Positions 9,915 through 18,749 of a DNA stretch of 64,000 nt are shown here, in pieces. A model generated the notes under the pieces. It searched no databases. It had not been told where the DNA came from and saw nothing but the letters and a program-made list of their open reading frames with translations. Numbering within the stretch: position 1 is the first letter of the stretch; each line of letters opens with the position of its first letter. This stretch comes from an uncultured Chloroflexia bacterium (GTDB lineage: Bacteria > Chloroflexota > Limnocylindria > Limnocylindrales > CSP1-4): NCBI GenBank assembly GCA_963835845.1, contig CAWIGT010000006.1, positions 342,123 to 406,122 on the forward strand, written 5' to 3'. The position numbers and the translations under genes were made by a program.

Positions 9915-10489
9915 CGGTGCACCGCCTCAGCCCTGGACCCCGCGAGCGGCAGTTCGAGGACGAGGCGCCGGCGGAGTACCGCAAGGGCCCGGTGCTGGAG
10001 AACACGAACCGAACTCTCGCTCCTGCGGAGGACCGCCGCGGTCTCACCGGGGGAGAGGTCGGCGAAGAAGCGGCACTCGATCACTTCGCGCTGGGGCTGC
10101 GGCAGGCGACCGATTGCGGCCCGGACGGTGGCTCGGTCCATGCTCGCCTCGGCCAGCAGCTCGGGGTCGCCCGCGTCCGCGGCCTGCTGAGTGAGCCCGT
10201 CGAGCGGCAGCTGTGGGTGGGCGGTGCGATGGAGGTCGATCACCGCATTCCGGGCGACACGGAACAGCCAGGCCGCGAACGGGATGCCTCTGTCTCGATA
10301 CTGCGGAAGCTCCTCGATCATCTTGAGAAACACTCGCTGGAGGAGGTCCTCGGCGGCCTCGGGGGTATCGACGCGGCAGCGCAGGAACCGGAGAACCCGC
10401 GGCGCGAACACGTCGTAAAGAGCCGTGAAGGCAACGTCGTCCCCTTCACGAGCGCGAACGACGAGGAGACGGATCTCGTCTTCGGACAT
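9911..10489 (-). CDS. ECF-type RNA polymerase sigma factor
   Basis: Sigma-70 region 2 (FAAWLFRVARNAVIDLHR) and region 4 (QREVIECRFFADLSPGETAAVL...VRVLQHRALAVLRRRL). 192 aa. Confidence 0.8.
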   Translation of the reverse strand: MSEDEIRLLVVRAREGDDVAFTALYDVFAPRVLRFLRCRVDTPEAAEDLLQRVFLKMIEELPQYRDRGIPFAAWLFRVARNAVIDLHRTAHPQLPLDGLTQQAADAGDPELLAEASMDRATVRAAIGRLPQPQREVIECRFFADLSPGETAAVLRRSESSVRVLQHRALAVLRRRLVLELPLAGSRAEAVHR

Positions 10490-10631
10490 TCACTCGACTT
10501 CCGGAAACGATTGGCGGCCTGTCTGCCACCGCCGATTCGGCTTGAACCGCGATCATGCGCCAGGCGCGAGAGGCACGGACCGCCCGAGTGTCGCGATCGG
10601 GTTGGAGTCCGTACCTCCGCGCCGTGGTTTG

Positions 10632-11237
10632 TCAGCAGCTGCGGTCGCGAGTTTGGTTCTGGTCGCCGTCACCGGTTCCGTCCGCTGAGCGCGTCCGGGT
10701 CTGGCTTGGGCTGGGACACGCCGTGGGCGTCGAACCGGATGGCAAGCTCTCGTCCCCGGCGCGAGTCTGCGTTTGTGTCTCGGTGCGCGTTTGGGTCCGG
10801 TCGCCGGTCCCCGCCCCGTCGCCCGTCCCTGTCTGAGCCTGGGTTTGGGTCTGAGTTTGAGTCTGGGTCTGTTCGCCCTGGCCGCTGCCGGCCTCATCCC
10901 CGGTATTCAGCTGGGTTTGGCTCTGGGTTTGAGTCTGCGTCTGCTCGCCCTGGACGCCGCTGCCGGCCTCATCCCCGGCTCGCAGCTGGATCTGAGTCTG
11001 AATCTGGCTGACGTAGCCCGTCCCGTCCTGGAGCTGATCCCGATCCTGGAGCTGATCCCGATCCTGGAGCTGATCCCGATCCTGCTGCACGACGGGGGTC
11101 GGCGAGCTTGACTGGAAAGTGGGACCGATCGTCATTGGCGCGGTTGCGACGGCGCCCGCCACGGCAATCGTGGCAACGCCCGCCGCGGCCTTCGCCACGG
11201 CGGCCGCCTGCAAGAGCCCGTTCAAGAAACCAATCAT
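10632..11237 (-). CDS. hypothetical low-complexity repeat protein: (TQ)n tracts and (DRDQLQ)x3, with a hydrophobic N-terminus
   Basis: ATG at 11235-11237 with an AGGTG-like site 7 nt upstream. The longest ORF in the region. The opposite strand carries only Leu-rich shadow ORFs. About 140 bp upstream of the ECF sigma gene on the same strand. Confidence 0.4.
   Translation of the reverse strand: MIGFLNGLLQAAAVAKAAAGVATIAVAGAVATAPMTIGPTFQSSSPTPVVQQDRDQLQDRDQLQDRDQLQDGTGYVSQIQTQIQLRAGDEAGSGVQGEQTQTQTQSQTQLNTGDEAGSGQGEQTQTQTQTQTQAQTGTGDGAGTGDRTQTRTETQTQTRAGDESLPSGSTPTACPSPSQTRTRSADGTGDGDQNQTRDRSC
11026..11079 (-). repeat. perfect 18-bp tandem repeat x3 (cctggagctgatcccgat), in frame, encoding DRDQLQ x3
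   Basis: Read directly from the sequence. Imperfect ~75-bp duplications and (acc/act-cag)n tracts lie immediately downstream (10790-11000). Confidence 0.9.
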
Positions 11238-11265
11238 CTCTGCACCTGCCGTTCTGCGTCCTGGC

Positions 11266-11285
11266 AATCCATGCGATTGGATTGC
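11266..11285. promoter_or_regulatory. perfect inverted repeat CAATCCA-N6-TGGATTG between the fur-family gene end and the repeat-protein gene start
   Basis: Visible in the sequence. An AT-richer tract follows. Either an operator for the repeat-protein/ECF operon or a terminator stem for the fur operon. Confidence 0.3.
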
Positions 11286-11347
11286 CTATAGAAACGAACG
11301 CCGAACGCTGCGGTTACAACTATCGATGCCAAGCAGGTAGTCAGTCC

Positions 11348-11824
11348 CTACTCGGACGTGTCGCCCTCCACGTGGCCGGCGTCGGGGGCGCAGGCGTCGC
11401 AGTTGCCGTACAGGTCGAGCACGTGCGCGGAGATGGTGAAGCCGTCGATCGAGGGCTCGTGGACCAGGCATCCAGACACGCTGAAGCTTCGGCCGCAACG
11501 CACGCAGATCGCGTGCTCGTGGTGGTCGGCCGGGCAATAGGCGTAAGCGACCGCGCCCGATGCGAGCGTGGCTCGCTTGATTCGCCCGGCCATGTCGAGG
11601 CGTTCGAGCGTCCGATAGACGGTCGCAAGACTCGTCGCGGGGGCGCCGGCGCGGGCCGCCCAGAGGAGCTGCTCGGGGGTCTGGAGGTGGTCCGATCCAA
11701 GCAAAGCGGCCACGATCGCGCGTCGCGGCGAGGTGACCGATGAGCCCAGCACGGCCAGCGCGGACGCGAGTTCAACTCCGGCGTCGCCGAGGCCTCGCGG
11801 CGCGGTGGCCTCGTCTCCGGTCAT
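11348..11824 (-). CDS. Fur-family metalloregulator (Nur/Zur/PerR-like)
   Basis: 158 aa. TVYRTLERL DNA-binding helix and the C-terminal metal site HHEHAICVRCG...C..C. The start overlaps the upstream permease stop (ATGA). Confidence 0.8.
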   Translation of the reverse strand: MTGDEATAPRGLGDAGVELASALAVLGSSVTSPRRAIVAALLGSDHLQTPEQLLWAARAGAPATSLATVYRTLERLDMAGRIKRATLASGAVAYAYCPADHHEHAICVRCGRSFSVSGCLVHEPSIDGFTISAHVLDLYGNCDACAPDAGHVEGDTSE

Positions 11825-12750
11825 GCGCGGCTCCCCTCGAATTCGCCGGACCGGACTCGTCGAACCGCCCTGACGAAGCTGCCGGTCGCGATGATCCCCA
11901 CGATCCCGGCGACTAGGAGGATCCCCGCGTTGACGCGGTCAAGGTTCGGAATGCCGATGCCCGTCGGAAGTCCACCGTTGATTGGCGCGACGAGCCCGGG
12001 AAAGGCGAGGGAGATCACGCCCCAGCCGCCGAACAACAGCCCGCCGCACAAGAGCGTATTGCCCGCGACCGATCGTGACACGTAGTTCATTGCGGCTTCG
12101 CCCAGCCCGCGCGTCCTCATCCATGCCCCCAGGGCCGCGCCGGCGATCGCTTGCACGAGCATCGTTCCGACGCCGAAGAACAGGCCCGGAAGCCACGCGG
12201 TCGCCGCGTTCGGCATTGCCGGCGCGAGGACGGTGTAAATGATGATCGCGAAGGCGCCCGTTCCCCAGCCGGCGACGAAGCCGTGGACCAGAGTCATCCG
12301 GATCGGGATCGGGCGGTGCTCATCGCTCAGGATCCCCGCGCTGTCGTCGTCTCGGCCGACGCGGAAGACACGGTGCAGGAACTGTTCGAGACCCTCCGTC
12401 AGATGCAGTTCGCGGCCGAGCCGCAGGATGTAGATGCCCGAGGCCGCCATCACCATCCCGACCACGAGATCGATTGCCGAGTTGAGCTCGCCCGACGCCA
12501 GGATCGGCGCCAGCGCCAGGAACGCCAGCTCAGACGCGATCGCACGCTGCGCGGTGAACGAGGCCGAGAAAAGGAGCCCGGCCTGCATCCCGCGCTTCCC
12601 CGAGGCGGCGCCGATCGCATAGCTCACGGTGATTGGCCAGGTGTGCTCGTCGGGCGTCACGCCGTGGAGCACGCCCAACAGGAAGGCGGCCAGAAGGAGG
12701 ACGGGCACTCCGGCGGCCGGTTGGATGTTGAGCGGATCGAGGACAGGCAT
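11821..12750 (-). CDS. putative Ni/Co-type metal permease (NiCoT/NicO-like, multi-TM)
   Basis: ATG verified at 12748-12750 (MPVLDPLN). 8+ TM helices. An HGVTPDEH motif resembles the H-x4-D-H metal-binding signature. Co-operonic with the Fur-family gene. Family assignment is tentative. Confidence 0.45.
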   Translation of the reverse strand: MPVLDPLNIQPAAGVPVLLLAAFLLGVLHGVTPDEHTWPITVSYAIGAASGKRGMQAGLLFSASFTAQRAIASELAFLALAPILASGELNSAIDLVVGMVMAASGIYILRLGRELHLTEGLEQFLHRVFRVGRDDDSAGILSDEHRPIPIRMTLVHGFVAGWGTGAFAIIIYTVLAPAMPNAATAWLPGLFFGVGTMLVQAIAGAALGAWMRTRGLGEAAMNYVSRSVAGNTLLCGGLLFGGWGVISLAFPGLVAPINGGLPTGIGIPNLDRVNAGILLVAGIVGIIATGSFVRAVRRVRSGEFEGSRA

Positions 12751-12763
12751 CTCAGGGCTGTAT

Positions 12764-12780
12764 TTGCGAATGCGTCGCAA
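12764..12780. promoter_or_regulatory. palindromic operator candidate TTGCGA-N5-TCGCAA, 14-30 bp upstream of the permease start
   Basis: Perfect 6-5-6 inverted repeat read from the sequence. Its position fits an autoregulatory Fur-family box. Confidence 0.4.
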
Positions 12781-12927
12781 TCTCACAGGGAGAGTGAGTT
12801 CCGGTCGCCGTCTCGTCAAAGGCGTTGGATGTCCGTCGCACCTGATGCGTCCACGCCGACAAGCCCGCTGCCGCTGGGCCCGTCCAGCCACTCGATCAGG
12901 TAGGCCCTAAACGGGCCATCTGCCCCG

Positions 12928-12957
12928 TTGACAATTGCGTACTTGCGCAATTACGAT
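12928..12957 (+). promoter_or_regulatory. trxA promoter: TTGACA - 18 bp - TACGAT with the palindrome AATTGCG-N6-CGCAATT in the spacer
   Basis: Consensus -35 and near-consensus -10 about 45 bp upstream of the trxA ATG. The spacer palindrome shares the TTGCG/CGCAA half-sites with the element at 12764-12780. Confidence 0.45.
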
Positions 12958-12999
12958 AGCTATCGCCGAACCCAATTCAGAGCAGGAGTAAGAAGAGTT

Positions 13000-13335
13000 A
13001 TGGCTATCCAGCACGCGACCGACGAGACGTTCGAGAAGCTCGTCCTCGAGAGCGACAGGCCCGTCGTGGTCGACTTCTGGGCGACCTGGTGCGCACCGTG
13101 CCGGATGGTCGCGCCGGAGCTAGAGAAGCTCGCGGAGAAATACGACGGTCTCATCGACGTCGTGAAGGTCGACGTGGACGCAAACCCGGGCATCTCACAG
13201 GCCTTCGGCATCCAGAGCATCCCGACGATAGCGTTCTTCAAGCCCGGCGACCAGCCACGCGGCGTACTCGGCTTCGTGCCCATGGCCGAGCTCGAGAAGA
13301 TGTTCGGCCTTGCCGACCTCCTCGCGGTGGCATAG
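13000..13335 (+). CDS. trxA: thioredoxin
   Basis: WCAPC active site. 111 aa. ATG at 13000 preceded by AGGAG. Confidence 0.9.
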   Translation: MAIQHATDETFEKLVLESDRPVVVDFWATWCAPCRMVAPELEKLAEKYDGLIDVVKVDVDANPGISQAFGIQSIPTIAFFKPGDQPRGVLGFVPMAELEKMFGLADLLAVA

Positions 13336-13448
13336 CCCCAGTCGCCGGATCGGGTCAGGGACGGGCTGAGGCTCCGCGTCGGCATCGTTCGGAATTTGGA
13401 GGAGACGCCACTCGGAGGCGGACGGCTTCCCTGCCGGGATTTACGAGG

Positions 13449-14129
13449 CTACGGGGCGAGCCTGTCGGGTCGCCCGACGCTGCGCCAGGCCGTGGGGATC
13501 GCCACGGAGTCCGTGTCGTCGCCGAGGTCCGCCAGCGCCGCGGCGATCCGGGCATCGTCGGCGACGCGCAGGTCCACGAAGCGGAAGGCCACGACGCTCT
13601 GGCGGAGCGATGGATCCGCGGGGTCGTCGTCGATGCGGACCACCTGCGCTCGGCATTCGAACGGCTCGGTCGGAGTCAGCATCAGCGACACCGGCATCTC
13701 GTGCCCGATGGAAACGGCCAGATCGGTTACGCAATGGAAGCCGCCCACGCTTATGTTCGTGGTGCGGACCGGGACGACCATTCCCTCGGCCGGATGCAGG
13801 TAGCCGGGGATCGCCAGTGGAACGCGGCCGTTGGCTCGGCGCGAACTGGTGATCCAGGCCTGCGGCCGCAGCACGGCGACCATTCGACCGGAGCCGCCGA
13901 CGAACCGCCTGACCGCCGTCTCCGCTTCCAGCTCGTGGTCGGACCCGACCAGTATCAGACGGACCGGCGTACCCGGGGCCAGGAGCCCCTCCATCGACTC
14001 GCCGAGCGCGAGCCAGACTTCCTCCGGCGTGAGATTGGCGACGGTGCCTTCACGGCGATCCGCCTTCGATCCATCGAGAGTCTCGAGCGTCGCGCGATCT
14101 CTGATCGCGGGCTCGTTCGAGAACTCCAT
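13449..14129 (-). CDS. PilZ-domain c-di-GMP receptor (YcgR-like two-domain protein)
   Basis: RRANGR (RxxxR) and NISVGG (D/NxSxGG) c-di-GMP-binding motifs in the C-terminal half. 226 aa. Confidence 0.7.
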   Translation of the reverse strand: MEFSNEPAIRDRATLETLDGSKADRREGTVANLTPEEVWLALGESMEGLLAPGTPVRLILVGSDHELEAETAVRRFVGGSGRMVAVLRPQAWITSSRRANGRVPLAIPGYLHPAEGMVVPVRTTNISVGGFHCVTDLAVSIGHEMPVSLMLTPTEPFECRAQVVRIDDDPADPSLRQSVVAFRFVDLRVADDARIAAALADLGDDTDSVAIPTAWRSVGRPDRLAP

Positions 14130-14263
14130 CTAGTCAACCCTCCGGGATTCCACAGATGCCAGCATAGCCGCGCCGGCGTCCCGACCGGGCGCCGTCCGTG
14201 CAGCGAGCGGTCATTTTCGAACCGGACCATCGGCCGGGCGCCGGACGGTTGGACGAGCCCGAG

Positions 14264-15970
14264 TCACCAGATGCCGTTGATCACCAGTTGCGCGCCCCAC
14301 GCCGCCAGGACCCCCGGCGTCTCGTAGCGGACCTGCGGCCAGCCGTGCGTATAGAGCGAGTCGATGTTCAAGTACTTGTACCCGCTGGTCTTGAGAATCT
14401 GCTCGAAGGCTGCGGCTCCCGAGCCGTAGAACTCCTGCGTCGGGTCGGCGACGATGATGAAGAACGTCCTGGCCCGATCGACCGTCGGCACCTTCGGGGC
14501 AATCTGGGCGGGCGAATGCGCCTCGATCGTGCTGCCGAACGGGAAGGCGGCGTTCGGTCCGGCGGCGCCTGCCCAGAAGTAGCCCGAAAACGAGATCGAG
14601 ACGCTGAAGACGTCGGGGTGTCGGATTGCCAGCATCGGCGCACAGAAGCCGCCGGCCGACATGCCCATGACGGCCCGCGCCCGCGGGTCCCGGATGGTGT
14701 TGAAGTGATGGTCCACCCAGTAGACGACCGTGGTGGAGATGTAGGTCTCGAACCACTGCTGGTAGTTGGGCATGTCTGCGCATTCGGTGTCGCCGTAGGG
14801 CGGACCGAGGGAGTCGATGAAGACGACGATCGCGGCCGGCATCTCGCCTGCGTCGATGAGCGTGTCGAGCGAATCGAGAATGGACGTGCCCTTGTTCCAC
14901 AGCGTCAGGCCGGTCGGGGCTTCGAAGATGACCGGGTATCGCCGGTCGCTCGCAGGGTCGTAGCCTGGCGGCGTATACACGTCGATCTCGGAGGTCGACT
15001 TGTCGCCGCCGATCCACGGTGCCGGCATGTTCATCAGCGTTACGTGCCCGGTGCCCGTGGGCTTCCACGCCAGCCACGGCTTCGTGCCCGGCGCGGCGGT
15101 GATCATCGGCGTCGGCGACGGCGTCGGAATCGGCGTACCCGCGACGCCGGAGCCCGATGCCGTGCTGCCTGGGGTGGCTGCCGGGGTTGGGGTCGAACTG
15201 GCGACCACAAAGGGTGGAGGCGTGAAGTTGTTCACCAGGCCGATACCCTGGTTGCCCTGGAGCATCAAGGCATCGGGCGAGAGATTGACCATGTCGCTGA
15301 AGGCCGGCACGGTCACCGCGAGCAGGACCAGCACGAGCAGCGCGGCGAGCGGCCGGCGCACCAGCCGGAGCGAAGGTCGGTGGCTCGCCAGCGCATCCCG
15401 AACGTCTCTTCCGGTGACGATCAACCCAGGCCTGACCGCCGCTGCCAGAGTCGCGCCCGCCCACGAGGCGACGAAGCCGATGACGAGCAACGTCACCAGC
15501 GTCAACATCCAGCCGCCCAGGTCGAAAGTGCCCGTGGCCCCTCTCGATCCCGCGGCGTTCTGCGTTTCAGCGCCGAATGTCTCCGCGAACATGGCCACGA
15601 GCGCGCCGATACCGAGGATCGAGGGATAGCCGATCCGATTGACCACCAGCGCGGCGGCTCCGGCGGCCACGGCACTGAATACCAGGGCTGTGATCAGCTG
15701 GGCGCGATCCGGATCGAAGCCCATCAGCACCAGTGTTACGTCGGTGCCGCGCACGCTGCCGGAGTAGACCGACGCGAGCACGACGACTGCGGAGATCGCA
15801 GCGCCGGCCGGGAGCCACGCGAATCGCTCGAACCGCGCGCCGGGCCTCAGCGAGCCGAGCCTCGGGCGCGACGGCGCCGCCAGGGCGACGCGTGGACGGC
15901 CGAATCGGGCGCGGCTAAGGTGAGGGCGGCCGAACTTGGGCCGGCCGACCTTCGGGAACGACAACCTCAT
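14264..15970 (-). CDS. membrane-anchored alpha/beta-hydrolase esterase (esterase D / Ag85-like family)
   Basis: N-terminal multi-TM region, Pro/Thr-rich linker, C-terminal domain with the GMSAGG serine-hydrolase motif (nucleophile elbow). Start overlaps the upstream gene stop (ATGA). Confidence 0.65.
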   Translation of the reverse strand: MRLSFPKVGRPKFGRPHLSRARFGRPRVALAAPSRPRLGSLRPGARFERFAWLPAGAAISAVVVLASVYSGSVRGTDVTLVLMGFDPDRAQLITALVFSAVAAGAAALVVNRIGYPSILGIGALVAMFAETFGAETQNAAGSRGATGTFDLGGWMLTLVTLLVIGFVASWAGATLAAAVRPGLIVTGRDVRDALASHRPSLRLVRRPLAALLVLVLLAVTVPAFSDMVNLSPDALMLQGNQGIGLVNNFTPPPFVVASSTPTPAATPGSTASGSGVAGTPIPTPSPTPMITAAPGTKPWLAWKPTGTGHVTLMNMPAPWIGGDKSTSEIDVYTPPGYDPASDRRYPVIFEAPTGLTLWNKGTSILDSLDTLIDAGEMPAAIVVFIDSLGPPYGDTECADMPNYQQWFETYISTTVVYWVDHHFNTIRDPRARAVMGMSAGGFCAPMLAIRHPDVFSVSISFSGYFWAGAAGPNAAFPFGSTIEAHSPAQIAPKVPTVDRARTFFIIVADPTQEFYGSGAAAFEQILKTSGYKYLNIDSLYTHGWPQVRYETPGVLAAWGAQLVINGIW

Positions 15971-17703
15971 GCGGCGGCGACCTGCCTTGGCGCCGGACGG
16001 CGACCCGGGAGATGGAATGCCCCTGCAAGGTGGACCCGCAGCAACCCGACCACGAAGCCGAGCAGGTCGCGGCGCCTGCGCGTTGCGCCATAGCGCGAGA
16101 TCCAGTACGGATCGAACTTGTTCTTGAAGCGGGCCAGCCCGGCCGTGTCATACCAGGGTTGGGCCAGCCTGGCCGTGTAGGCGAGCAGCCTCTCCTCCAC
16201 CGCCGCGCTGTGCGTGTCGAGACCGGCCAGCGGCGCCAGCCCGAGGGAGAGGGTCCTGGCACCGGCCGCACGGAAGTTGACCGCCGCCTCGGCGATGCAC
16301 GCCTCGACCGCGCCGGGAGAACCATCGGGGGCGCGGCGCATCAGATCGAGGACCCAGCCCCCGTCGACGCCGGTCTTGCGGAAGGTCGTGTATGCCAGCG
16401 CGCGCCCGTTGGGAGCAACCGCGACCGAGATCGCCTGCCAGGTCAGAGTGCTCCGCTCAAAGCCGCTTATGGTGAAGCCCATCTGAGGGCCCGCCTTCTT
16501 GCGCCAGATCGTGTCGATCGACTCCAGCTGGTCCAGGAGTGCGGGCTCCTCTGCCGGAATACCGTTGGGGAACCAGCGGAACGCCACGCCGTCCTTGCGG
16601 CAGCGGGTGATCGTGTGGCGCAAGTTAGCCCGCCGGGGACCGGTGGTGTCGAAGGTCAGCAGGTCAATCAGGGCTTCCTCACCGACCTTGAAGACGCGGA
16701 AGCCCGCGCCCACAAGCACCGCTCGCCCGGCCGGGCTGGCCTGGTAGACGATCGGCATGCGGTCGTTCTTGCGGCAATGCTGGAGAAACGCGCCGAGGAC
16801 TCTGGGCGCCGATTCTGCCGGTCCGATGAGATCGCCCAGCATCACAGCCGTCCTACCGGCGAGCCCGTACACAACCAGACCGTCCGCCTCCGACGGGGAG
16901 AACACGAGCTTGTCCTCGCCGAGCTGGAACGGCAGCAACGCGCCGCAGCCGTACTGGTTGGCGATTGCTCGAGCCCGGGCTTTGGTCGTGGGATCGGCCG
17001 GCGGCTCGGGCACGCGGCTCAGGACCCCGACGGCCGCCAGCACGATGGGCAGGCGGGTGGCCAGAAGGAGGAACCCGAGGATCGCGTCGCGGCTCGTCTG
17101 GCCGAGGACGCGGTTGGCCGTGGAATCGCTCATGCCGAGTGCGTTGCCGATCGAGGCAGTGATGTCACTCAGAGCGGACAGCGGCCGGGGCCAGTCCCCC
17201 GTCGTGGCGATGACGAGCGACGTTTCCAGGCCAACCGCCAGGCCACCGACGATGACGAGAGCGATGATGAGCCGGCGCCAGCCGACGGCCGTCTCCACGA
17301 CGTAGCGGCGACGGTCGGCCAGCAGGATGGCGAGCAGGCCGCCGACGATGATGATGACCAGTGGATGCGACAGGGCGCGCGCCTCGGCGAAGAGCGAGAC
17401 GGACAGCGTGGCCATGGTCAGCCACCACGCCCCGGATTTGCCGCGCAGGAGCCCGATGGTCAGTGCCGCCAGCCCGATCGCGGACAGGACCGCGACAGTG
17501 GGGTTGGCGTCGGCGGGATCGATCGGCAGGAAGAAGTCCAGACCGTCGGCCACGGGTCGAAGGAACGTGAAGAAGTAGGCCAGGGCGGCCGCCGCACAGA
17601 TGAGCAACAGAACCGCCGGCGCGGCCGCGGAGGCGTGGAAGACGGCCCGAACGGGGCGGCTCGACCTGGTTGTCAGGGCGTGAGCCGGCAAGGGCCACGT
17701 CAT
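15967..17703 (-). CDS. MprF-like aminoacyl-phosphatidylglycerol synthase family protein (TM domain + DUF2156/LPG-synthase C-domain)
   Basis: 578 aa. About 6 N-terminal TM helices. C-terminal ~300 aa resemble the lysyl-PG synthase catalytic domain (...FKNKFDPYWISRY...). Assignment from recalled family features, not a search. Confidence 0.55.
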   Translation of the reverse strand: MTWPLPAHALTTRSSRPVRAVFHASAAAPAVLLLICAAAALAYFFTFLRPVADGLDFFLPIDPADANPTVAVLSAIGLAALTIGLLRGKSGAWWLTMATLSVSLFAEARALSHPLVIIIVGGLLAILLADRRRYVVETAVGWRRLIIALVIVGGLAVGLETSLVIATTGDWPRPLSALSDITASIGNALGMSDSTANRVLGQTSRDAILGFLLLATRLPIVLAAVGVLSRVPEPPADPTTKARARAIANQYGCGALLPFQLGEDKLVFSPSEADGLVVYGLAGRTAVMLGDLIGPAESAPRVLGAFLQHCRKNDRMPIVYQASPAGRAVLVGAGFRVFKVGEEALIDLLTFDTTGPRRANLRHTITRCRKDGVAFRWFPNGIPAEEPALLDQLESIDTIWRKKAGPQMGFTISGFERSTLTWQAISVAVAPNGRALAYTTFRKTGVDGGWVLDLMRRAPDGSPGAVEACIAEAAVNFRAAGARTLSLGLAPLAGLDTHSAAVEERLLAYTARLAQPWYDTAGLARFKNKFDPYWISRYGATRRRRDLLGFVVGLLRVHLAGAFHLPGRRPAPRQVAAA

Positions 17704-17904
17704 GGCAGGAATCCTCGCGTCCGGCGGCTACCTGAACACATAAGGCCCATCCCCCGCTGATCGAGGTCGACACACCCTAATAGACGCCAAAGACGATCAA
17801 ATGGTTCGGAGGCATGGTGGGACGTGCCGGAGTCGCGATGGTCGGTGCCGCGATCTGAGCCCCTGCTCATTCCCCTCACGGTTCGGACGCTCCCAATGTG
17901 ACCC

Positions 17905-18597
17905 CTACTCAGGTCCAGATTCCGCCTCGAGGAGCTCGAAATGGTCGGCCGTGGCCGGTTGTTCGAGATCCGTGAGTTCGGTGTCGACAAGTGCCCTGTT
18001 GAGTCGGCCGCCCGTAGCCGCCAGCAACAAATTCCATTCCTTCCAGGCTGTCAGGACGACGACGCAAACCTGACCCGTCGGCGCCGCCGTCTCGACCTCC
18101 TCAGCTGCCTCGATCTCGACTCCCGCGATCGTCCAGACATGGCCGTCCAGGGTGGCCACTCGATAGACGTTCTCGAGAGTTCGTTGCTCCCATAACCCAA
18201 CCTCGCCGGACGCGATCGACGTCCTGTAGACGCGCAGAACCTGTGCTCCTTCGCGCCCGAGTCCGGTGGAGGCTATCACACGATACTGTCTCGGCGCCCT
18301 GTCGCCAAGTAGTGAAGACCCTCGTGCAAGAAAGCCCGGAAGTCCTTCCGAATTGGTACCCCCCAAGAACGTCGACTCGTCCTGCCAGGCCGTTACCTCG
18401 AGATGCTTGCGACCATGCCCGCTCAGACGTCTGCCGGAATGCTCCGCCACGAGCCCCTCGGGCCTCGTCGTCGGGGGCCACCGGTGACGCAACAGAGCCA
18501 CGACTTCCGCCTCGTGGCCCGGCTTCACGCGGTACTCGAGCAGGTGAACGATCACTCGCAAGGCCCCCAGCCCTGGTTCCGTGCCCTGTGGCCGCAT
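17905..18597 (-). CDS. hypothetical protein, possibly tandem ABM/Dabb-like alpha+beta barrel domains
   Basis: 230-aa ORF. Two ~100-aa halves with the beta-alpha-beta pattern typical of ABM domains. Weak. Confidence 0.3.
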   Translation of the reverse strand: MRPQGTEPGLGALRVIVHLLEYRVKPGHEAEVVALLRHRWPPTTRPEGLVAEHSGRRLSGHGRKHLEVTAWQDESTFLGGTNSEGLPGFLARGSSLLGDRAPRQYRVIASTGLGREGAQVLRVYRTSIASGEVGLWEQRTLENVYRVATLDGHVWTIAGVEIEAAEEVETAAPTGQVCVVVLTAWKEWNLLLAATGGRLNRALVDTELTDLEQPATADHFELLEAESGPE

Positions 18598-18749
18598 TCT
18601 AGTGCCAATGGGAGTCCGCGAGGCCAGCGAAATATCCCCGAGGGGAACCAGCTTCGCGGACCCGCGGCACTCCGTCGCCGCCTGCGGTCGCGTGATCGCG
18701 GCTTTCGGTTTGCGGCCGCAAGGCGCGGCGGGTCGACGGCTCGTGTACC

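Noticed and set aside
10555-11111. Plus-strand Leu/Gly-rich ORFs (10555..10836, 10773..11111) as the coding strand of the repeat region
   Set aside because: The minus-strand ORF is longer, has an ATG with an AGGTG-like RBS and sits in operon context with the ECF sigma gene. The plus-strand ORFs are poly-Leu mirror images. This is not fully excluded.
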